A DNA stretch of 64,000 nt from Acidimicrobiia bacterium (GTDB lineage: Bacteria; Acidobacteriota; Vicinamibacteria; Vicinamibacterales; UBA2999). The notes beneath the pieces are model-generated. The model was given only the letters and a program-made list of their open reading frames with translations. It made no database searches and was not told the DNA's origin. Location: the NCBI GenBank assembly GCA_016871375.1, contig VFYY01000002.1:1749-65748 (forward strand), given 5' to 3'. Position numbers and translations under genes: made by a program. Positions 9,529 to 18,110 of this stretch are shown here, piece after piece; the first letter of the stretch is position 1; each line of letters begins with the position of its first letter.

Positions 9529-10194
9529 TCAGCGCACCTCGAACTCGACGGCGTGAGCGGCCGTGCCCGCGACCGTCCGCAGCGTGTGGCCGCCAGCCGG
9601 TGTGTAGATCCATCGGCCGGGCTCCTGTATCCGGAACGGCTCGGTTCCACCATCCCCCTGGTTCTCGACGCTGCCGCTGACGAGCACCGTGACCGTCGGG
9701 CGCTGGTGGTTGTGGTCGCTTTCCGGCGTGGCCGCGTCGAGCTTGACGTCGTACAGGATGAACGCCCGCGTCTGCTGCGCGATCGTCGTGCCCGCCGCCT
9801 TCATCGGTGTGAGCGTGGACCAGCCGCTCTCGCGCTCGTTGGTCACGGCGATGAGGCGGTAGGGGATCTTGTCCAGGTTCTGGATCGTGTGCGCGCCCGG
9901 CGTCCCCGTGTACTGGGTGGCGTTGAGCGACCCGATGGCGCGCTCGCGCGGCGGACCCCACTCCGCGCCCGGCGTCCTCACGCGGGTCTGCGCGTTCATG
10001 ATGGCCACGGTCGCGACGTCCCGCTCGTGGGCGTGCTCGTGTCCCATCTCGCCGGCGGGGATGTTCACGTCGAGAATCCTGAACCAGTTCGTGTACAGCA
10101 CCTGCCGATGATGCGGATCTTTATAGACGGGCGGCGCCTGCGCCGACGCCACGCACGACCCGAGTACGAACACGATAGTCAGCAGTCGCTTCAT
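9529..10194 (-). CDS. Secreted hypothetical protein, cupin-like
   Basis: Signal peptide MKRLLTIVFVLGSCVASAQA. His-rich metal-site-like segment GEMGHEHAHERD. All-beta composition. It starts 2 nt after the stop of the upstream amidohydrolase. The function call is weak. Confidence 0.55.
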   Translation of the reverse strand: MKRLLTIVFVLGSCVASAQAPPVYKDPHHRQVLYTNWFRILDVNIPAGEMGHEHAHERDVATVAIMNAQTRVRTPGAEWGPPRERAIGSLNATQYTGTPGAHTIQNLDKIPYRLIAVTNERESGWSTLTPMKAAGTTIAQQTRAFILYDVKLDAATPESDHNHQRPTVTVLVSGSVENQGDGGTEPFRIQEPGRWIYTPAGGHTLRTVAGTAAHAVEFEVR

Positions 10195-10196
10195 GG

Positions 10197-11414
10197 TTAG
10201 CTTCCTTGACGCGTGTCCACCACGACGTCGCCGCCCTTGATGACGACGCGGGCGTCGAGCAGGTGCCAGTAGCCCTCGAGCGGGTTGCCGCCGAGCAGCA
10301 CGATATCCGCCAGCTTGCCGGTCTCGAGCGTGCCGAGATCCTTCTGTCGATCGATGAACGCCGCGGAGTTCGGTCCCATCACCCTGATGATGTCGATCGG
10401 CGAGAACATCAGGTTCAGCGTGCGGAGCTCGTGGGCGAGCCCGTGACGCGGCAGGTAGCCGGTGTCGGTGCCGTATCCGTAGACCACGCCGTTGTCGAAG
10501 AGCGTCCGCGCGTTCACGGCCTTGTAGCCCGCCTCGCGCCCGCGGCCTTCGCCGTCGATGATGGCGTCAGGCCAGGGCTTGCCGTCGCGGAACGTGCCGA
10601 CGTTGTTCTGGTTGAAGACGCCGAAGACCGGCACGCCGAACCCCGCGCAGGAGAGCACCTCGACGCCCGCCGCCGCCACGGCCTTCGCGTCGGCGTCCGA
10701 CAGCCAGCCGAAGTGCGGCGTGTGCACCAGCTTCTGCGCGCCGACCTTCACGGCCGCCAGCATCGCCTGCGGGCTCACGGCGTGCACCATGGTCTGCAGG
10801 TTGTGCTTCTTGCCTTCCTCCACGACGACACGGAGGATCTCCACCTCCTCGGCGGTCGCCTGGGGCGAGATGCTGGCTTTGATGTAGTCGATCTTCGCGT
10901 TGGCGAGCGCCTGGACCTGCGCGCGCGCGGCGTCGGCGGTCTTGAATCGCCCGGGGTCCGCGCGGCCCGAGGTGAGGATGCGCGGGCCCTTGATCTTCCC
11001 GGAGTCGATCATGTCGCGGAGCTGCGCGCCGCTTGGCGGCGCGCCGCCGCCCTCCAGCAGCGTCGTGTAGCCGGCCTCGAGGAACTCCCGCATGTGGGCG
11101 GCCGCGCGCGTGTCGAAGTACTCGCCGGCGTTGCCCGGGATGACGTGGCGGTGGCCGTCGATGAAGCCGGGCACCGCGGTCATGCCGCGGCCGTCGATGA
11201 CGCGGGCGCCCCGCGCGGCGCCGGCCGCGGCGCCCACCGACGCGATGCGCCCGCCCGTGACGACGATCGAGCCGGACTCGATGACCTGACCGGTACCGGT
11301 GATGACGCGAACGTTGTTGATCACGAGGTCCTGGGCCGCGAGCGTCTGCGCGGCGCCCAGCATCAGCGCCAGGACGAGGAAGGAAACCGCGAACCGTCTT
11401 TTCATGGCGGCCAT
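10197..11414 (-). CDS. Amidohydrolase family protein, secreted (paralog 2 of 3)
   Basis: Signal peptide MAAMKRRFAVSFLVLALMLGAAQTLAA. Motifs MTAVPGFIDGHRHV and LADIVLLGGNPL. Confidence 0.8.
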   Translation of the reverse strand: MAAMKRRFAVSFLVLALMLGAAQTLAAQDLVINNVRVITGTGQVIESGSIVVTGGRIASVGAAAGAARGARVIDGRGMTAVPGFIDGHRHVIPGNAGEYFDTRAAAHMREFLEAGYTTLLEGGGAPPSGAQLRDMIDSGKIKGPRILTSGRADPGRFKTADAARAQVQALANAKIDYIKASISPQATAEEVEILRVVVEEGKKHNLQTMVHAVSPQAMLAAVKVGAQKLVHTPHFGWLSDADAKAVAAAGVEVLSCAGFGVPVFGVFNQNNVGTFRDGKPWPDAIIDGEGRGREAGYKAVNARTLFDNGVVYGYGTDTGYLPRHGLAHELRTLNLMFSPIDIIRVMGPNSAAFIDRQKDLGTLETGKLADIVLLGGNPLEGYWHLLDARVVIKGGDVVVDTRQGS

Positions 11415-11504
11415 ATCTTAGCTGAGGAGCCTGGAGCTCGGCATCGTCGCCGGGTTCCGAGCTCGTCGGGCCGCGGTGCACAGCGTGCACCGGGAGTCAG
11501 GTCC

Positions 11505-12053
11505 TCACGATACCTCAGCACGCGCACAAGCAGTCAGGTCCTCCAGCGTCCACACCGGCTTCATCAACCCGGCGTCGGTGTGGACGCTTCCGCGTACGAG
11601 GTGGCTGATCTCGTGCGCGATCACGCGGCCCGTCACCAGCGACCGATCGGCGTTCACGTCGGCCGCGATCCGCTCGATGCGATCGATGAAGACCGTGGCG
11701 AGCGTGCCGTGGCTCCGTGCGGGGTCCACGTAGGCGTGGCCGAGCACCTGCCGGTTGGCGGGTCCCGGCGCGCGCACCAGCCGGACGATGAGCTCACGGG
11801 GCGCGGGCGCGTCCGCGCACCAGCCGTGCAGGCTGCCGGCGCGGCCGTCGCAGTCGTGCCACACGACGTCCATGTGCTCCGCCGCCAGCGCCAGCCGCGC
11901 ATCGTCCATCATGCGCGCGCGTTCGCGCGCGTCCAGTCCCGCGGCGTCGTAGATTCGTACCACCAGCGAGTGACGAACCGCGGCTGCCGTGGTGACCAAC
12001 GGCAGGCACACCGAGTACACAACCACCGCAAGAATGCTCGTGGCAACGCGCAC
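11505..12053 (-). CDS. Hypothetical protein with HExxH zinc-metallopeptidase motif
   Basis: 182 aa with an N-terminal hydrophobic anchor and the motif VIAHEISHLV. I do not recognise a family beyond this motif. Confidence 0.5.
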   Translation of the reverse strand: MRVATSILAVVVYSVCLPLVTTAAAVRHSLVVRIYDAAGLDARERARMMDDARLALAAEHMDVVWHDCDGRAGSLHGWCADAPAPRELIVRLVRAPGPANRQVLGHAYVDPARSHGTLATVFIDRIERIAADVNADRSLVTGRVIAHEISHLVRGSVHTDAGLMKPVWTLEDLTACARAEVS

Positions 12054-12132
12054 GATGTGGGAGTGGACGGAGGAGCGCGGGCTGGAGTTCCAGTCTCTGC
12101 GCCTGCGGCGCCGGCATGATAGAAGATGGGGC

Positions 12133-13470
12133 GTGAAGAACGCGCTGCTCGTCTCGCTGCTTGCCGCCTCCTGCGTCGTCCTGTCAGTCCAGGCGCAGAA
12201 TCCCGGCGCCGTGCTCTACGAAGGGGCGCAGCTCATTACCGGCGAGGGCGGCGCGCCCGTCGAGCGCTCGGCGTTTCTCGTCGCGAACGGCCGTTTCTCG
12301 CGCGTCGGCCGCGCCGGCGAGGTGCAGGCGCCGCCGGGCGCGTCGCGCGTCAACCTCACCGGCACGACGGTGATTCCGGCGCTGGTCGATGCGCACTCGC
12401 ACATCGGCTACATGAAGGACCTCACCAGCGGTCCGCAGAACTACACGCGCGAGAACATCCTCGACCACATGCGGCGCTTCGCGTATTTCGGCGTCGCGGC
12501 CAGCCAGGCCATGGGCAGCGATTTCGGTGAGCTGCCGTTTCTGTTGCGCGAGGAATTCGCGGCAGGCGGGCACCCCGGCCTGGCGCGGTTCCTCACCGCG
12601 GGCAAAGGGTTGGCGCCGCTCGTCGAGATCGGCCCCGCGAACATGCGGCATGCCGCCTACGCGATCACGACGGTCGAAGGCGCGCGCGCGGCCGTGGAGG
12701 AGCTCTCACGCCGCCGGGTCACCCTGATCAAGACGTGGGTGGACGATCGCGGCGGCGCGATCGCGCCGCTGGCGCCGGAGCTGTACCGCGCCATCATCGC
12801 CGAGGCGCACGCGCGCGGCATGCGTGTGGCGGTCCACGCGACCGCCGCCGCACACGCGAAGGCGCTGCTCCGCGCCGGCGTCGACGTGTTCGCGCACATG
12901 ATCGTGGACGTGGACGAGGAGCTCGTCACGCTCTTCAAACAGCACCCGGACGTCGTCGTCCTTACGGCGCTGGGCGGGCCGCGCCGCATCGTGTCGGCGC
13001 CGTGGATCAGTCCGCCGCATCCGCTCATTCGTGAGACCGTGTCGCCGGCGCAAATCAGGCGGCTGCAGGATCGACTCGCGAACCAGAGCGCGCAGGCGGT
13101 GGAGCAGGGACGGAAGGAATGGGAGCGCCTGGTGCGATCGATCCGGACGCTCGCGGCCGCCGGCGTGAAGATCGGGATCGGCACGGACGGCGGAGGCCAG
13201 ACCGGGGATCAGTTCGTCGGCTGGACCATGCACACGGAGCTCGAGAACCTGGTCGATGCGGGGCTCACGCCGGCGCAGGCGCTGACGGCGGGCACGCGCG
13301 TGTCGGCCGAGGTGCTCGGCCTCCTCGACCTGGGCACGGTCGCGGCGGGCAAGAGCGCCGACTTCGTCGTCCTCGAGGCCAGTCCCCTGAGCGACATCAC
13401 CAACACGCGGCGTATTGCGCGCGTGGTCCTGCGCGGGCACGAGGTCAACCGAACGCCTGTTCAGCGATAA
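12133..13470 (+). CDS. Amidohydrolase family protein, secreted (paralog 3 of 3)
   Basis: Start is placed at the in-frame GTG (12133), giving VKNALLVSLLAASCVVLSVQA as signal peptide. Motifs VIPALVDAHSHI and ADFVVLEASPLSDITNTRRI parallel paralog 1. Confidence 0.78.
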   Translation: MKNALLVSLLAASCVVLSVQAQNPGAVLYEGAQLITGEGGAPVERSAFLVANGRFSRVGRAGEVQAPPGASRVNLTGTTVIPALVDAHSHIGYMKDLTSGPQNYTRENILDHMRRFAYFGVAASQAMGSDFGELPFLLREEFAAGGHPGLARFLTAGKGLAPLVEIGPANMRHAAYAITTVEGARAAVEELSRRRVTLIKTWVDDRGGAIAPLAPELYRAIIAEAHARGMRVAVHATAAAHAKALLRAGVDVFAHMIVDVDEELVTLFKQHPDVVVLTALGGPRRIVSAPWISPPHPLIRETVSPAQIRRLQDRLANQSAQAVEQGRKEWERLVRSIRTLAAAGVKIGIGTDGGGQTGDQFVGWTMHTELENLVDAGLTPAQALTAGTRVSAEVLGLLDLGTVAAGKSADFVVLEASPLSDITNTRRIARVVLRGHEVNRTPVQR

Positions 13471-13482
13471 ACCCGGGCTGAC

Positions 13483-13588
13483 GCGGTTTCGACTTCTTCG
13501 TAGTGTCCGGCTTTAGCCGGACCACACACGGCGGTGCCGATCAACGTGGTCCGGCTGAAGCCGGACACTACGACGTTTCAGAAACCGC
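13483..13588. repeat. 106-bp nested palindromic element (REP-B doublet inside asymmetric outer flanks), copy 1
   Basis: Layout: GCGGTTTCGACTTCTTC, then GTAGTGTCCGGCTTTAGCCGGACCAC, then ACACGGCGGTGCCGATCAAC, then GTGGTCCGGCTGAAGCCGGACACTAC, then GACGTTTCAGAAACCGC. A second copy lies at 31865..31970. Confidence 0.9.
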
Positions 13589-13589
13589 T

Positions 13590-14021
13590 CTAACGCGCCG
13601 GGCAGCTGTCGGGGAGGAGCTGGAACGACTCGACGTCGATGACGACCTGGTTGTACATCGGGTCGTTGCGGTCGCGCGGCGGCGCGCCGCCGATGCGGAC
13701 GCGGCCGCCGAAGAGGCGCACGCCGCCGGGCCCGGCGAGATCGGATTTCCGCACCAGGCCCGTGATCTCCACCATCGAGCCCTCGCGGCGCCTGATGTTC
13801 CCCAGCACGCTGCGCGGTCCTGACAACCGGAAGCGGCGGCCCGGCGCGATGCCGTTGCTGGATCTCTCGCGTCCCTGCGGTACGTCCACGATGAAGGCGC
13901 GGTCGTGCGCGCAGCCGGCAATGCGAACGCGGCTGGAATCGGAGGGGACGGGACGCTCCTCCTGCGCGTGCGGGAGCGTGGGGACGGCGACGAGCACGAG
14001 CACGGGCAGCAGCCGCCGCAT
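13590..14021 (-). CDS. Secreted hypothetical protein
   Basis: 143 aa with signal peptide MRRLLPVLVLVAVPTLPHAQ. Codon usage is consistent with neighbouring genes. No recognisable motif. Confidence 0.5.
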   Translation of the reverse strand: MRRLLPVLVLVAVPTLPHAQEERPVPSDSSRVRIAGCAHDRAFIVDVPQGRERSSNGIAPGRRFRLSGPRSVLGNIRRREGSMVEITGLVRKSDLAGPGGVRLFGGRVRIGGAPPRDRNDPMYNQVVIDVESFQLLPDSCPAR

Positions 14022-14044
14022 CGCGCAAGTGTATCCTTTCTCGC

Positions 14045-15034
14045 GTGTCCGCGCTGCCGCTCACGATCGCCACCACCGACTACGACCATTTCCGCGACTT
14101 CCGCTTCGGCCTGGTGAAGGCCGAGGGGATCGACCACACGTGGCTGACCCTCGGGCACCACGAGTGCTTCGCGCGCTTCACCGCGAACCGCGAATTCGAC
14201 CTCTCCGAGCTGTCGTTCGCCAAGTTCTGCACGCAGGTGAGCCGGCCCGACGCCGACATCGTCGGCCTGCCGGTGGTCTGCTCGCGGCTGTTCCGCTTCT
14301 CCTCGTTCTATGTGAACCGCAGGAGCGGCATCCGGACCGTGGCCGACCTGAAGGGAAGGCGGGTCGGATCGCCTGAGTGGGCGCACTCGGCTGCCGTCTA
14401 CATGCGCGGCTGGATGCAGAACGAGATGGGCGTCGCGCTCACCGACGTCGAGTGGTACCAGGCCGGCGCCAACGCGCCCGGGCGCGAGGAGAAGGTGGAG
14501 GTGAACCTGCCGAAAGGCGTGCGCCTCACGCGCGTGGCCGATCGCAGCCTCAGCGACATGCTGGCCGCGCACGAGATCGACTGCGCGATCATCGCCCGGC
14601 CACCGACGTGCTTCCTCGATGGCCACGCCGATGTCGTCCGGCTGTTTCCGAATCACGTGGAGATGGAGGAGGAGTACTACACGCGGACGAAGGTCTGGCC
14701 GATCATGCACATCATCGCCATGAAGCGGTCGATCGCCGAGCAGCACCCGTGGGCGCCGCGGAACCTGTTCAACGCGTTTCTCGAGTCCAGGCGCCGCTCG
14801 CTCGAGCGGATCCTCGATCCGGCGGTCTCACGGTATCCCGTGCCGTGGCTGACGCAGTACGCGCGCCGCATGCGCGACACGTTCGGCGGCGATCTCTTTC
14901 CGTACGGGATCGAAGAGAACCGGCCGACGCTCGAGCAGATGGCGCTCTACACGCACCAGCAGGGCATCGCCCACCGGCAGCTCAGGCCAGAGGAGATGTT
15001 CCCGGCCGGGATAATGACGAAGGTTGTGATCTGA
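14045..15034 (+). CDS. NMT1/SsuA-like periplasmic-binding-fold protein resembling 4,5-dihydroxyphthalate decarboxylase family
   Basis: 329 aa. The N-terminus LTIATTDYDHFRDFRFGLVKAEGIDHTWLTL..FDLSELSFAKF matches my recollection of proteins annotated as 4,5-dihydroxyphthalate decarboxylase. No signal peptide. Confidence 0.55.
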   Translation: MSALPLTIATTDYDHFRDFRFGLVKAEGIDHTWLTLGHHECFARFTANREFDLSELSFAKFCTQVSRPDADIVGLPVVCSRLFRFSSFYVNRRSGIRTVADLKGRRVGSPEWAHSAAVYMRGWMQNEMGVALTDVEWYQAGANAPGREEKVEVNLPKGVRLTRVADRSLSDMLAAHEIDCAIIARPPTCFLDGHADVVRLFPNHVEMEEEYYTRTKVWPIMHIIAMKRSIAEQHPWAPRNLFNAFLESRRRSLERILDPAVSRYPVPWLTQYARRMRDTFGGDLFPYGIEENRPTLEQMALYTHQQGIAHRQLRPEEMFPAGIMTKVVI

Positions 15035-16274
15035 GGACCCACGCCGTCCACCCGGCTGCCGCCACTGCGGCGGTCATCAACAGCTCCGCCGGGCTCGTCG
15101 TCGTGATCAGCCAGGTGCTCACGGCCGCCGACGCGAGCGCGATCGCCACGCCGCCGCGCAGGCGGAAGAGCGCCGCGGGGGCACTCCCGCGGCGCAGCAC
15201 CGGCAGCGACAGGCAGACGACGATGTAGGTGAGCACGCGGGCGGTCACGGTGATGGCTGCAGCGGTGGCGAACTCGGCGAAGAGCGACGCGACGAACGCC
15301 GCGGTGACCATGACGCCGATGGCGAGCATCGGCGTTCGAAAGTCCGGGTGCAGCCGGGCGAAGCGCGCGGGGATCTGGCCGCGCTCGGCCATCGCCAGCA
15401 GCAGGCGTGTCGAGCCGACCAGCACGGCCAGCATCGTCCCCACCATGAGCACGATGGCCGCGATGGCGACGATCCACGCCGCACGCGCGCCGAACAGCCG
15501 CTCGACGGCGTCCGCCACTGGACGGTCGGAGACGGCGAGGTCCGGGACGGCGGCGATGCAGACGACCTGCACGCCCAGGTACAGCAACGCCGCCATGCTG
15601 ACGCTGGCGAGGATGGCGATCGGCATGTTGCGCTGGGGGCTGACCGTTTCGCCGGCCGCATAGGTGCCGTTCTCGAAGCCGAAGAACGCGAACAGCAGAA
15701 TCACCACCGCGGCCGAGACGTCAGTGACGGTGGGGAGCGGACCGGCGATGGCTGGCAGCGGCGCGGTCAGCAGGCCGATGGCGACGAAGCCGACGATCAG
15801 CCCGAGCTTCGTCAGCGTCAGCAGGGAGCTCGCCCACGCGGTCGGGCGGATGCCGCGGACGAGGACCGTCGCCATCGCGCCGTACAGAACCGCGAAGATG
15901 CCGATGCGCAGCGCACTGCCGACCGTGCCGCCCGTCAGCGCGCCGACGTACGACATGAGCAGGCTGGCGACGGTCGCGATGGCGACGACGCGCGAGGTCA
16001 GCGTCAGCCAGCCGGTCAGGAAGCCGGCGGTGGGACCGAACGCCTCGAGCGCATAGAGGTAGGGCCCTCCCGAATCGCGGTAGCGGCTGCTGACTTCGGC
16101 GAAGCAGAGCGCGATGCCGGCGACCAGGATGCCGGAGGCGACCCAGACGAGGGGGCTGTACGGGCCGGCGAGCGCGTACGCCCGCGCGGGCAGGCCAAGG
16201 ATGCCTGCGCCGATGATGCCGTTGATCAGGAGCGCGACGAGATGCGGGAGCGACAGCCCGCGGACGAGCGACAC
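14982..16274 (-). CDS. APC superfamily amino acid permease
   Basis: 430 aa, about 12 TM helices. N-terminal LINGIIGAGILGLPARAY is typical of amino-acid permeases. Its 3' end overlaps the convergent 14045..15034 gene by 53 nt. Confidence 0.85.
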   Translation of the reverse strand: MSLVRGLSLPHLVALLINGIIGAGILGLPARAYALAGPYSPLVWVASGILVAGIALCFAEVSSRYRDSGGPYLYALEAFGPTAGFLTGWLTLTSRVVAIATVASLLMSYVGALTGGTVGSALRIGIFAVLYGAMATVLVRGIRPTAWASSLLTLTKLGLIVGFVAIGLLTAPLPAIAGPLPTVTDVSAAVVILLFAFFGFENGTYAAGETVSPQRNMPIAILASVSMAALLYLGVQVVCIAAVPDLAVSDRPVADAVERLFGARAAWIVAIAAIVLMVGTMLAVLVGSTRLLLAMAERGQIPARFARLHPDFRTPMLAIGVMVTAAFVASLFAEFATAAAITVTARVLTYIVVCLSLPVLRRGSAPAALFRLRGGVAIALASAAVSTWLITTTSPAELLMTAAVAAAGWTAWVLRSQPSSLSRPGTSPLA

Positions 16275-16437
16275 AGCCGGGCTGCGAAGGTATCACCTTT
16301 CGGCCCGGCCGGCGGGGTTTACGATTGGATCTTCGCGGCGAGCGCGTTCCGAATCAGGTCCCCGGCTTGCGCGCTGCTCAGCCGGGCTGAGAACCTGGCG
16401 TCGATGTACAGCGCGCCGCTGCGGCTCTGAAACAACG

Positions 16438-17643
16438 TCACCCGTCGGGTCTCGACTCTTTGTCAGCGCGTCGCCACCACAGCGCGCACGCAATGAGCCC
16501 TCCGAGAGCGATCAGGACGCGAACTCTCCAGATGCCGTTGAAAACCGTGTCGTCGACCGTGATGCCGCTCACCCGGGCGGCGTGCACGGAGTACGGCCAC
16601 CAGTCGACGAAATAGGCCGCGTCGTCCATTCCCGCCCAGGGATGCTGGGTCAGCACGGTCAGCAACCCGGCGAGCATGACCGGCGCCAGCAGCGATGACT
16701 TCTGTTCGTGTGCCCACGTTCCAACCGCGAGCAACCAGAAGGGAATCAGAAACGGCACGAGCGTCTGGGCTTCGACGCCCCCGGTCAGGGTGAACACCAG
16801 CGGCACGGCGACGAGCGCCCACATCTCGGGCTGCCGGCCGAGGAACTGGCCGATCCAACGTGGCCGCGAACAGAGGAGGATGGTTAGGCCGCCGACGACG
16901 GTGACCAGAAAATAGGCGCCGAACATCATGAACACGGGTTCGGTCCAGAGGACGACGTCCGACCGCACGCGTGAGAACCGAAGGAGGTCCCGTAAGCCGG
17001 ATGGGCCGCCGCGGGCCCACGTTTGGATCAACAGCCACACGAGCAGGCCGGGAGCAAACACGAACAACTCAGACAGGCGTCGCCGGTTCAGCCTCCAGCT
17101 CCGCCAGGTACCGAACACGGGTGAGGCGACGCCGACCGGAGACCCGAAGACCGAGGCGATCTGCGCGGCCGCAATGAACCGCGAACCTCCCGTTTCGCAT
17201 GCCGCAACTCCGAGTGTGGTCAGCGCGACGCCGAACAAGTACGGCTGCGCGGCACTGTACGCCGCAGTGCCGACAGGCCATCCAGCCAGAGTCAAGGTCA
17301 TCAGGGCGCACACCTTGACGCTGAGGGGCGCGCGTCGCGCATCGAGAATCAGAGCGGCGGCAAGAATCAGAACGAGAAATCCGACGAAGTTCACGGCCTG
17401 GAAGCTGCTGACGAGGTTCCCGGTCACGAGATAGATCGCTGTCGCCGCGAGCGGAAACGCCGGCCACAGCCGCTCGCCCAGCGTTTCTCCCCGCAGGGTG
17501 TGAGCGGTCACCATACTGGTATACATCGGTCCCCGAGGTCCGAGGCCCTCATGAAGGGGCGTGGCACCCGAATACAGCCTCAACGCGACATAGAGACTCC
17601 CTGCCGCGATGAGAAGGAGCGCGTTGGTCGCCGACCGAGTCAT
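16438..17643 (-). CDS. Polytopic membrane protein (unknown; last gene of GT2 operon)
   Basis: 401 aa with at least 10 hydrophobic helices. 4-nt start/stop overlap with the upstream ankyrin-like gene. Confidence 0.6.
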   Translation of the reverse strand: MTRSATNALLLIAAGSLYVALRLYSGATPLHEGLGPRGPMYTSMVTAHTLRGETLGERLWPAFPLAATAIYLVTGNLVSSFQAVNFVGFLVLILAAALILDARRAPLSVKVCALMTLTLAGWPVGTAAYSAAQPYLFGVALTTLGVAACETGGSRFIAAAQIASVFGSPVGVASPVFGTWRSWRLNRRRLSELFVFAPGLLVWLLIQTWARGGPSGLRDLLRFSRVRSDVVLWTEPVFMMFGAYFLVTVVGGLTILLCSRPRWIGQFLGRQPEMWALVAVPLVFTLTGGVEAQTLVPFLIPFWLLAVGTWAHEQKSSLLAPVMLAGLLTVLTQHPWAGMDDAAYFVDWWPYSVHAARVSGITVDDTVFNGIWRVRVLIALGGLIACALWWRRADKESRPDG

Positions 17644-18110
17644 CGCAAGGGTTCCTTCGGCGTGCAGGTCCGGATGGTAGTCTCGATGTCCGAGTCCTTG
17701 TCGGCCGGGGCGGCGGACGATCCCAGATCGGAAAGCACCTCCGGAAGTCGCATCCTAGCGAAACATGCCGTCCGGTCGGTGTTACGTTGGACGACTCCCG
17801 AACGCTGAAGGAGCCGTACGATCTCGGCGTGCCTGCCCAGGATCGCCGCATCGATCGGGAGCAGCTCGTGACTGGCCTGGTCGAGGAGCCCTTCGCGCAC
17901 GCGCTGAGGCTGGTTGGCGTCCTGGCCTTCGGCCATGAGCTGCAGCGCGCGCGCCGCCCGTCCCATCGCGGCGGCCTCGGACACGGTGCCGGCCTCGGGC
18001 ACGGTGAGCGCTCCGCACCCGAGCGATTCGGCGACGACATAGCCGACGACAAGAACGAAGCCCGCCAGCGGCGGCAGCACGACACGCGCGGCTACGTCCG
18101 TCGACATCAC
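17640..18110 (-). CDS. Membrane-anchored protein with two ankyrin-like repeats
   Basis: 156 aa with N-terminal TM LPPLAGFVLVVGYVVA. Segments AAAMGRAARALQLMAEGQDAN and LPIDAAILGRHAEIVRLLQRSG fit the ANK consensus. Overlaps both neighbours by 4 nt. Confidence 0.5.
   Translation of the reverse strand: MMSTDVAARVVLPPLAGFVLVVGYVVAESLGCGALTVPEAGTVSEAAAMGRAARALQLMAEGQDANQPQRVREGLLDQASHELLPIDAAILGRHAEIVRLLQRSGVVQRNTDRTACFARMRLPEVLSDLGSSAAPADKDSDIETTIRTCTPKEPLR

Noticed and set aside
10206-12119. 637-aa plus-strand ORF across amidohydrolase 2 and the HExxH gene
   Set aside because: Antisense to two genes with recognisable motifs and signal peptides. Composition is biased towards R/A/G/D/H. The same reasoning applies to 38202..39989, 45420..47324, 25990..27414, 21100..22992, 30250..31950, 61101..62900 (upstream part), 7577..8674 and 13568..14746.
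14982-15034. Identical 53-nt convergent overlaps (14982-15034 and 50393-50445) as a meaningful signal
   Set aside because: The sequences of the two overlaps are unrelated. The equal length appears coincidental, and in both cases the minus-strand ORF is probably just running on until the first stop codon.
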